Shown here one piece after another: positions 27,501-39,500 of a stretch of 64,000 nt of DNA. The notes below the pieces were generated by a model that was not told where the DNA came from, searched no databases, and worked only from the letters and a program-made list of their open reading frames with translations. Made by a program: the position numbers and the translations under genes. The stretch is taken from positions 1-64,000 of IMG/VR virus record IMGVR_UViG_3300020419_000009. The stretch is one strand, 5' to 3'. Each line of letters opens with the position of its first letter. Position 1 is the stretch's first letter. Origin of the DNA: a virus.

Positions 27501-30500
27501 GGACTGTATCCTAAGTATCAACCAGAAGTATATTTAGACGATACGTATATTACAGCAATACCTGACGAAACTGGTCCATACAAAATTTACGGAATAGACG
27601 AAACTACAAATCTAAATTATAAAAATAAATTAGGTTGGTTTTATCCACTGTTTACAGATGAAGTATCAGCTCAAGCACAAGACAGAAGACTTGGAGGAAC
27701 AGGAGTAGCCCATACGCACACGTTTAAAGGATACAACAGAGTATTTTACATGCCTAGTTCTGCTATGAGCCATGCAACATACGATACAAATTCATATCCT
27801 GAATGGCCGTCTGCAAAGCCTATGATACAAGGACATGACGGATCGTTATGGAGATGTTTTGGAGATTACAGAGATAAACTTCTATTAGATCTTGAAAAAA
27901 GAATATTTAATAATTTAAAACAAGAGTATGATGAATCTGTATTAGATGTAGCAGACTTTGTGCCATCTAAAAATCGCAACACAAACACAACTAGACAAAG
28001 TATATCTAAGTTAGTTACACCTGAATTTAATGAATGGTTAGCAACTGTAGGAAATCCAGATGCGACTCAAAACATATCTTTTTTAAGAGGTAATAGTTTC
28101 AGTTATAATTATTCCTATGCAGGAGATCCTAACGGTAAACCAGTAGCAGGATTTTGGAGAGCTATTTACAAAGATTTTTATAACACTGATCGGCCTCATA
28201 GCCATCCTTGGGAAATATTAGGTTACAAGATAAAACCTAGTTGGTTTGATACAGTTTATGGTGTTGCTCCATATACAAGTAATAATTTATTGTTATGGGA
28301 AGATATGAGTAAAGGTATTGTAAGACAGCCTAATACAAAAGTAACTTATCGTAATAAATTTAAAAATGCAGATATTTACAAATATATACCTGTAAATGGA
28401 CAAGGTAACTTAATTAGTCCGTTAGAATCAGGATATGCATTTGGATCACCTGATAGTGATTATCAAAGAGACTTAGTATTTGGAGACGAAGGTCCAACAG
28501 AAACAGCTTGGCGAAGAAGTTCAAGTTATCCGTTTGCATTAATTAAGGCTTGGGCTCTTACTCGCCCTGCTGAATTTTTTGGAATAGCTTTTGATAGGAG
28601 CAGAATAAAGAGAAATAGTGCAGATCAATTAGTTTATACTGATACATCTAAAAGAATAGAACTAGACCAATTAAAGTTTCCTAACAGTGCAAGTGATACT
28701 GCAAGAATTAATACAGCAGGTATTGTAAACTATATGCAAGGATACTTGTCTGCTAACGAAACAGTAAAGTTTATAGAATATCAAAACAATTTGAAAACCA
28801 TGCAAAATAATTTAGGTTGCAAAATTGGTGGCTTTTCTCAAAAAAGTAAATTTAGATTAATACTTGATAGTAGAACACCTACTAACGAAGGTAATATATT
28901 TGTCCCCGAAGAAAACTACAAATTAGTTTTAACAAAAAGTGTACCCCTAGATGTATACACTTACAGCGGAATCTTAATAGAAAAACTTACAAGAGGATTT
29001 AAAGTAAGCGGATATGATTTATCTAATCCTTTCTTCAATGTTTATCCTGTTTTAAGAAAAGGTACTGATCCTGTTGTAAATGTAGGAGGAGTAAGTGAAG
29101 ACTTTTTAACATGGGCAGTCAACAAAACATATGATGCAGGACAAATTGTAAAAAATGGTAATCAGTTTTATAGAGTATTAATAACACATGATTCAGGTAC
29201 AAGTTTTATTAGTAATAATTACGATAAAATAGATAGACTACCAGTTACAGGCGGCGCAACAGCTTTATTTGCCAAAAACTTTGAAACTAATATTCAAAGT
29301 ATTAATTACGGTACAGTTTTTACTGAAATTCAAGACGTCATAGATGTAATACTAGGTTACTCAAAGTACTTAGAAACTGTAGGATTTGAGTTTAATAATT
29401 TTAATGAAACAATTGAAGAAGTTGAAAATTGGCAGTTGTCTGCTAAAGAATTCATGTTTTGGTCAACACAAGGTTGGGATGCCGGAACTGTTTTAACATT
29501 AAGTCCTAGTGCTAGGCAAATACAATTTGAGAAAAAATATACTGTTGTAGATGACATATACGATAATTTTTATGACTATAGTTTGCTTCAAGCAGATGGT
29601 AAACGTTTACTTGCTGACTTTGCCACAACAGAACGTGATAATTCAAATAAGTTTGGAATACAAGTTAGAAATACAGAAGAAGGAATATATCAGTTAAAAA
29701 TACCTGTTATACAAAATGAACATGCTATAATTTTAGATAACCAAACTGTGTTTAGTGATAAGATTTACAATAGAGCACAAGGATATAGGCAGGAAAGAAT
29801 AAAAGTAAAAGGTTACAGATCAGCAGACTGGAACGGTTCTTTGAATATTCCTGGGTTTATCTTTGATGATGCTGTAATTAATGAATGGACTGAATGGCAG
29901 GATTATAAAATTGGTGATATTGTAAAACACAAACAATACTACTACGTTGCTAAAACAAGTATTACAGGAAATTCTAAATTTATAGATGCTAACTTTGTTT
30001 TATTAAATGAAAAACCAGAACAAAAATTACTACCAAACTTAGATTATAAAGCAAAACAATTTGCAGACTTTTATGATTTGGATAGTGACAACTTTGATCT
30101 TGAGCAACAGAAACTTGCACAACATTTAACATCATACCAGAAAAGAAAATATTTAGAAAACATTATTCCTGATGAAGTAAGTCAATATAAGTTTTTCCAA
30201 GGAATGATTCAAGACAAAGGAACAAAAAATGTTCTTAACAAATTATTCGACAAACTAGGAAGTGCAAATAAAGAAAGTTTAGAATTTTACGAAGAATGGG
30301 CTGTGAGAGCAGGTAGATACGGAGCAACGCAAGGTGATGATGTTTTTGAAATATTATTAGATGAATCTAAGTATAGATTAGATCCTCAGGAAGTAGAACT
30401 TGTCGATGTTATAAATCCACAAGACACAAGTTTAATTTATAAACTAGATCCTAATAATATATTTGTTAAGTCGCAAAATTATGACCATAAGCCGTTTCCA

Positions 30501-33500
30501 ACAAAATATTTCGGAGAAAACGATTTTTATGTACCAAATGCTGGCTACGTAAATCCAGCAGATGTCTATACAAGTGTTACAAATTATAATTTGTTAATTA
30601 ACCAAACACTTTCATCTATTAGTGAAGGTTCATATTTTTGGACAGCAAAAGAAAAGAATCAATTAACTTGGGGCGTTTACAAATATATAACAACAGATTT
30701 AAAAATAGATAGCTTGACTGCATCTAACGCCGATGTGTTTACAGTAACTTTAAATAAATCTCCAAATTTAGAAATAGGAGATGTTATAGGTATAAATGAC
30801 ATTGATACAGCCACAGATGGATTGTATACAATTAGTGATATTAATTTAAACGTTCTTTCATGTAATTCTGTTAGTGATGTGGCTGAAACAGATGCTACAG
30901 TTTATACTGCCGGTACAGGATTTATTACAAAGTTTAAAAAAGTAAGAGTTGCTAATTTAACAAAAGCAGACGAAAATATAAAGCAAGAAGGTAAAGGGTT
31001 ATCTTTCAATGTGTTAGGCAGTAGTACCGACTCAGATACGATTTGGGTAGACGACGATGATACTGGTAAATGGGTAGTGCTTAAAAGCAAACAAGTTTAT
31101 GAACTAAAGCCTGATATTAAAAATATAGGTGCAGGAATACTAGATAGTACAGATAAAGATTTTGGATCTAGTGTAAGTGTAACTAGCGATAATAATTTAA
31201 TTGCTATAACGGCTCCTAAAAATTTAAATGGTAGCGTATATATTTACGGAAGACCTAGCGATAATGCAGAATTTAATCAGATACAAGAAATATTTGAAGA
31301 AACAGTTTTATACGATTCAAATGGTGCGTTTGGTACAAGCACAGCTATTAGTCCAGACGGAAAATATCTTGCAATAGGAAGCCCTAAAGCAAGTAATGTA
31401 AAAACAGCCTATAAAGGTGACTATACCAATACCACAACATATTCTGTAAATGAAATAGTTTTATATAGTGAACAACTTTGGAAAGCTAAAAGATTAGTAC
31501 AAGCAGATGCTTTACAGTTTTTTAGTAATCATGCTTCTAATCAACAAAGTAAAGGCGATGATTATAATACAATTTCAAGTTCTTATCCAACAATAAGTTA
31601 TATGTTGCGAGGTAATCCTAGTATTGCATCAGCACCTACCGATCATATTTTAATACGTGCAGAAAAAGAACAGTTCGAAGGAACAAAATCAGGTGATACA
31701 CTTACGTTAAAATGGAACAGATACACAACAAACACACCGAGTGGTATTGCACCATTCAATGGTGATACAGTTCTAACTGAATCGTACATAAATGGCGATC
31801 ATGAAATAATCGATAAAGTTGAGGCTATAGTAAAAGTTATTAGTGCATTAGCAACTCCTGAGGTAGGAGACGAAATTAACACAGGTAATTGTAAAGCAAT
31901 AGTACAACATAGATATATCGATAATGATAATAATTTACAGATATATTTGAAAAATATAAATGGGCAGTTAGACGCAGTAGGAACAATAACTACAGCAGGA
32001 ATAACAGTAGGTAGTTATACTAGAGAAGAAAACATAACTGATAATTATCATGCAGGATGGTGGTACATTAACGTTGGTTATACATTTACTGGTAGTAATA
32101 TTATAGAATCAAATGCAAATCTTGTAGTGCAAGATATAACTTTACAAGGTGAAGTACAGAACACACCTACTTTTAGTAATATATTAGATACAAAGCAAAA
32201 TGAAAATACTGCTTCAGAACCAACAAAGGTTTCTTACTTTGGTGTTTTAAGTCATGTTCAAGGTGGAACCAGTATAAACTTAATAGATTCAAGGTGGGTA
32301 ATTAGAACCCCACTGAGTCACGGTAATAGTTTTCAAACAGGAGACAAGTTTAGAATTTACTTAAACGATTTATACAGCAATGGTACTAGACAGGATCCAA
32401 GTGATATAAACTTACCTTATACTTACATTAACGATACAGAACACACAGTTGCCGATAAATGGAATGGTTGGACAGAAGCAAGATTAACAAATTTTGACTT
32501 ATCAGGAAATCCTTTCATACCAACAGTAGGACAAACAATTACAGATACTGCCACAGGGTCAACAGCCACAGTTGCTTACATAGAAAGATCTTTTGCTACA
32601 GCAAGGTTTTACCTAAAAAATAAGAGCGGAACTTGGTCAAAAGGAAGTGATTATAATGAAAGTAGTAATGTCACATTTATAGAAAACGATTCGACAGTCA
32701 GAACAGTTGGTCCAATTAATAATACGCATCATGAAAACAGTATATCTGGACCATTACTAGTAATTGATAAAACAGATAATATTCAAATACCAAATACAAG
32801 GGTATTAGAAAATTTAGAATATTGGCTTTATAGTTCTACTCAAAAATCAGGAATAACAGAATCTAGTAATCCACCTGGACCTACTAACCTTGATTGGACT
32901 AGAGTTTATAATATTCCTCTTATAGAAGCAGGAACACAGTCAGCTAATACAATTGAAGGAGCATTTGGAATTTATGAAAGAAAAGGAGCAACATATACTC
33001 TAGTTAATTTCTTTACAGTACCAAATAGTGATAATAATAGACAGTTGGGTAACCAATTAAAGTTTAGACAATCTGATTCTACAACATACAAATTATATGT
33101 ACATGCTAAAGGCAATGAAACAGAAGTTAATCAAGGTCGAATTTATATTATTGATAAAAACGCTACAGACGATTGGTCCTTAGGTAATGATAACAAGTAT
33201 AGAGGATTTTATAAAAATACAGCTACATATTATACGGGTGATTTAGTAAGAGTAGGCGATACGATTTACGAATCATCTACAAACTTGGTGCCTGGTGTTT
33301 TTGTAAGTAATCAATGGACAGTAAAAACAGACGGTGTTGATTTATTAGGATATGTTCCTAACGATACAAATTTTGCTTTAACTGATAGTGTATTAGAACA
33401 AACTAATTTAGAAGAGTTTGGTGAAGACTTTGACATAAGCACAGACGGCTCTGTTATGATTGCAAACGCAAGATACTTAAACGTATCTGATAGTTCTATA

Positions 33501-36500
33501 CCAAACAGAAAAATTGTAGTATACAGAAAAAATGGTAGCCATTATCAATACAGTCAATTATTAGAAGCATTTAGTAGTACAGAAGACTATGCTACAACTA
33601 TTGCAATATCCAATGATGGTAAAAAGATTGCCGTGGGTGCACCTTTAAATAGTGAAGAAGTAATTAACGGAGGATGTGTTTACCTTTATGTTCAATCAGG
33701 TACACAGTACGTATATAAGCAAACATTAAGGCCGGTCGATAAAACACCTAATACTAGATTTGGTGCAAAACTAGATTTTGATGGAAATACATTAGCAATT
33801 AATTCTAAGGGCGGCGATTTATCCACAAACACAAGTTTTGACTTATCTTCAACTACATATGATGGTAGAACAACAGAGTTTAAAATAATTGACAACGATA
33901 GTGGTGTAGTTAGTATCTATGAAACTGTAAACGATACATTAATATACGGACAAGATTTTACATATAATTCTGATACACAAGAATTTGGAAGTATTATGGT
34001 TGTAAAAGATAATCATATATATCTAGGCTTACCTAAACAGGGTATCATAACAAATAACACAAATGACACAGGAATAGTAGCAGAGTACAGAAAACCAGCA
34101 GGAACTTCAACATGGAGTCAAATAAGACAACCTGTGTTACCTGCAGACACTAGCAAATTTAAAGGTATATTTTTATTCAATAAACTAGATAATAGTTTAG
34201 TAACATACCTAGATTATATTGATCCTTTACAAGGAAAAATTGCAGGTCCGGCAGAACAAGAAATTAGTTTTAAAACATCTTATGATCCAGCAAAATTTTC
34301 TATTAGTACTGCTACTGGAATAACAGCACAACCATTAGATTACACAGCAGAAAAATGGGTAGGCAAGTTATGGTGGGATATAGGATCAGCTAAGTTTATA
34401 AATCACCATCAAGGAAACATTACTGAGTCTACACAGAATTTTAACAAATTATTTACTGGAACAACAGTTGATGTTTATGAATGGGTACAGTCTACACTAT
34501 TACCTAGTGAATGGGATACCAGAGCAGGAACTGAAGCAGGATTAACTTTAGGAATAAGCGGAACAACTAAGTACGGAGACACAGCTTATTCAGTCAGAAG
34601 AATTTATGATGAAGCTAGCCAAACATTTAGCAATAACTATTATTACTGGGTGAAAGATAAAAGAACTTTACCTACAAATGAAAATAGGCAAATATCTGGT
34701 TTTGATGTAGCAAGATATATTAGTAATCCTAGTGATGCAGGTTATAGATTTGTTGCTATCTTAGGAAGTAATAGATTCTCAATATATAACTGTGAAGATT
34801 TAATTCAAGATAAAGACATAGGTATAAGTTTTAACTGGTGGACAATAGACAATCAAACGCAAAACACACACAATCAATATCAGTTGTTAACAGACGGTCT
34901 TGAAACAAGTGTTCCAAATACCGAAATAGAACAAAAATGGTTTGATAGCTTAATAGGGTTTGACACCCAAGATAGACCAGTGCCGGATATTAATTTACCT
35001 ATGCGTAAGAAATATGGAAACTTAAATGAACCAAGGCAAAGTTGGTTTGTTAATAAGACAGAAGCTAGAAAAGAATTTGTTGAAAGAACTAATAAAGTAT
35101 TAAAACAAAATCTAATAGTCGACGATAAGGACATAAGTGGACTTAGTGCAATAGATCCACAGCCTACAGTGGCAACTGGTAGATACGATACTACTTCAGA
35201 CAACTATGCACAATTAAGTTTTGTAAGTGTTGCAAGAGTAAAACAAGCAAATATAACGTTAGAAGTAGAAAACGGTAATGTTGTTAATGCATTAATAATA
35301 GATGCAGGTGCGGGTTATATAAATCCTCCTTCCTATGTTATTAGTGACACACAAGGAAGTGGATGTTCATTAACATTTACGCTAGATGCAAACGGTAGTA
35401 TTTCTGCTGTCACTATAGACAAGTCAGGGCAGAATTATACAAGTAACATTTCTTTAACAATTAGAAAATTCTCCGTTCTTGTAAAAAATGATGAAACTGT
35501 CGGAGGAAAATGGGCCATATTTGCATGGAGTGGTTCTGAATGGTTAAGAACAAAAACACAAAGTTTTGACGTAAGTGCATACTGGCAGTATATTGACTGG
35601 TATAAATTAAACTACAATCAATTTACACCTATAGATTTTACTGTTGAAAGTAGTTACCAACTAAGTGGCTTAGATGATAATATAGGTAATGTAGTAAAAA
35701 TTAGAAATGTTGGTACAGGAGGATGGCTGTTATTACAAAAGACAGGTGATACTATGTCCTCTGATTACACTGTAAACTATGATACAATAGGTAGAGAAAA
35801 TGGTACAATAGAATTTAAAAATAGTTTGTATGACGTGTCTAATGAAAATATTGCTTATGACGGTGCAAGTTTTGACAAAATATTTTATGACACAGAGCCT
35901 GTAGAAGAGTTTAGAAGAATATTATCAATTGTTAAAAATAAAATATTTACAGACGATCTTGGCATACATTGGAATAACTTATTTTTTGCAAGTTTAAGAT
36001 ATGTCTTTTCAGAACAACCTAACGTAGATTGGGCTTTTAAAACAAGTTATATTAAAGCAAAACATAATGTAGGATCGTTGACACAAAAAGTGAACTTTCA
36101 AAACGATAACTTGTCAAGTTATGAAAGTTATGTACAAGAAATTAAGCCTTACAAAACTAAGATTAGAGAATATCTAAGTTCGTACGAAAAAATTGATCCT
36201 TCTGCATCTTCAATTACTGATTTTGATCTACCTCCTGTCTATAATGTTGACGCAGGAAAAATTATTCCTCAGAGTGTACAGATTGTAGATAACAAAGTTG
36301 TTTCTGGAACATCTGATATTACAAATTATCCTAGTAAACATTGGGTAGATAATATAGGTTTCGAATTAACTTCACTAACGATCGCTGATGCAGGATCAGG
36401 ATATAATGGCCCTCCTAAAATAAAAATAACAGGCGGCGGCGGATCTGGGGCTGAAGCAAAAGCGTATATTGGTACTGATGGTAAAGTTACTGCGGTAGAA

Positions 36501-39500
36501 ATGTTAAAAACAGGGAGCGGATATCTATCACAGCCAACAATAGAAGTGCAAGGTTCTCAAGCAGACGGATCTATAACAGCAAGAGTAAGTCCAGTTCTTG
36601 GAAAAGGTAAAGCAAGAGCAGTGCATGTTGTTTGTAAATTTGATAGAACAACAGGAGTTTATCTTTTTAATACGTTATCTGAAACACAAACATTTACAGC
36701 AACAAACGACCAACAGATATTTAATGTTAAATGGCCAATGCAATTAAAGTCTACGAAAATTACTGTTACAGTAGACGGTTTAGAATCTTTAAGAAGTGAA
36801 TACACCTTTACTAATATTAAGGATACTTCTAAAGGATATACAAGAAATTATGGAAGAATATTTTTTACAGCACCGCAGTCTGCGGGATCAACAATTATTA
36901 TTACCTATGATAAAGCACCGGACTTATTACAAGCACAAGATAGAATAAATCTTTACTACAATCCTGCAACAGGTATGTTTGGAAAAGAACTTGGCCAAGT
37001 AATGGACGGAATAGATTACGGTGGAGTAGAAGTTAGCAGTTATAGTTTTGGTACAGGAACTGGTTGGGATTCAGATAATTGGTTTACTGGCACATATGAT
37101 ACATTTGATACAACGTATGATGATGAAATTTTTCAGTTAGATGGTAGTACAGAAGTATTTGCATTAACTAATCCTTTAGCAAACGGTGTTGTTTATAACA
37201 TTTATAGGAACGGTGTAAGGATTGACGATCCTAACTTTGGCACAGCTAGTCAAACTAATACCAATGCTGTTATGCAAAGTATTACAGGAGACGGAACTAC
37301 AACAACAGTTACAATAACGAAATCAGTGCAAAGTTTTCAAGCAAATGATGTTGTAGTAATAAGGAAAACTACATCAGATGGTTCTTTCCTTCCAGATCCT
37401 AGGTCATATGATACTTTATTAAGCGGTGGTGATCTACAGTTTACAACAGCTAAAGGAATTAATCCCGAAGATATTGTTATAGATGGTGACGGATTTGTTA
37501 CTCCTACTACTTCTAAAGGTCCTGAAGAGCAAGTACCGGGTCAAATATTAGATTCTGTAGATATTAAAGTATTTCATAGACCAAAAGAAGGTGGAAGCCT
37601 ACTATCTAGTAATTCTTATAACGCCGACGGATCTCGTGTAGAATTTGCATTTGGAATACAGCCTCAAAATAAAGAAGGATTAATTGTTAGAGTAAATGAT
37701 ATAATTCAAGCACAAAATTTATATACAGTAGATTATAGATTAAAAACAATAAGATTTAATTCTGCTCCTACGTCTAATGTAACAGTGAATATTATAAGTG
37801 TAAGTGGTAATGGAGAAAATGTTGTTGAAGCAGATGAATTTATAGGTGACGGAAGTACAACACAGTTTTTAACAAAAGCAAGATGGACATCTAAATTAGA
37901 TTATTACGCAACGGTAAACGGAGTAGCCGTTGAGTCAGTATTAATTCCTAGTACAGATAGTACTGACGAAGATGCTAAAGCAATTATGTCATTTGGTAGT
38001 GCACCACCAGATAATAGTATAATAAACTTTGCTGTATACAGTGCAGTTGATAATTTTAGTAAAATTGAAACACAAGAATTTACAGGTGATGGTTCCTCAA
38101 AAATATTTACTTTAAATAAAACTCCTTATAGTGCTAAGCCTAACAGTCATAATGTAATTGTTAAGCAAGGTAATAAAATTTTAAATCCGGGCTATAATCA
38201 ACAGTTTACAGTTAGTACAGGAGTATCAGAATACTTCTTAGAGATATGGCAAAGACCTATTGGAAGTTTTGATAACTCCGATGTATTAGTTTTACTTAAT
38301 GGTAAAGAATTAACTATTGCAACTGAATACAATATTAGACCTGCTAATAGTTCTGTGATACTAGAACCAGGTATAGGTTCATCTGGAGATACATTAGAAG
38401 TTTATATTAGAACTGATGGTGAATATGCATTTGGAAGTATACAGGTTATTAATAATCAAAATACTTGGGTAGACAGTGGTGCAGATTTACAGTTTACAAC
38501 AGCACCTGCTATTGATGAGAAGATTACAGTATATACATTTAACAAACATGACTCTTTAGATTTTGAAAGAATTAATTACGATGTAGTTTCTAGATCAACG
38601 TTGTCGGTAGGATCAACAGACCATATAGAATACAATCATTTACGAGCTGGATTGGTAAAATTAAGAAAATTAGCCGTAGATGCTCAATTTGTTTGGTTGA
38701 CAGTTAACGGAGTGTTAAAAACTCCTAGCGTAGATTATAAGTTGACTGATGATAAACTGTTTGTTAAATATAATGGTTCTTTTGCTGATAATGATGTTAT
38801 AGAGTTGATACACTTTAGCAGTGACGGTCCTCAACAGCCTAAATTTGGATTTAGCCAATTTAAGGACATATTGAATAGGAACATTTATAAAAGGCTAGGA
38901 GATATATCTTCTATAAAACTAATAAAGCCATTATTAATTACAGATAAAGAAATACATTTAGATAACACAATTAATTTAAGTGCTCCTGACAAAACAAGTA
39001 GCATACCAGGAATAATTTTTATAAATGGTGAAAGAATTACTTATTTGGTCAAAACTGGTAATGTTTTAAAACAATTACAAAGAGGAACACTAGGTACAGG
39101 AGTGCCAACGATACATAATACAGGCAGTGATGTGTATAATGCTAATTTACAGCAAACAGCACCGTATGCCGATTCAACTATTACTGAAAACTTTACTGGA
39201 GACGGATCCACAAGCACATTTATTTTAGGGTTTACACCTAACTCTGCTAATGAATTTGAGGTATTTGTTGCTGGTAAGCGTCTAAGAAAGAACGCAATAA
39301 GCGTTTTTGATGCTACAAAGGATCAAGACTCTCCAGAAGCAGATGTTATATCACCAGCAGAATTTTCAGTAACTGGATCAAGTAATGTTTTAACACTTAC
39401 TAATATACCTACTAACAACGCTAAAATACAGGTAATACGTAAGCAAGGAAAACGCTGGACAGATCCAGGAATTTCACTTAATGATGCGGAAAGTTTGGTA

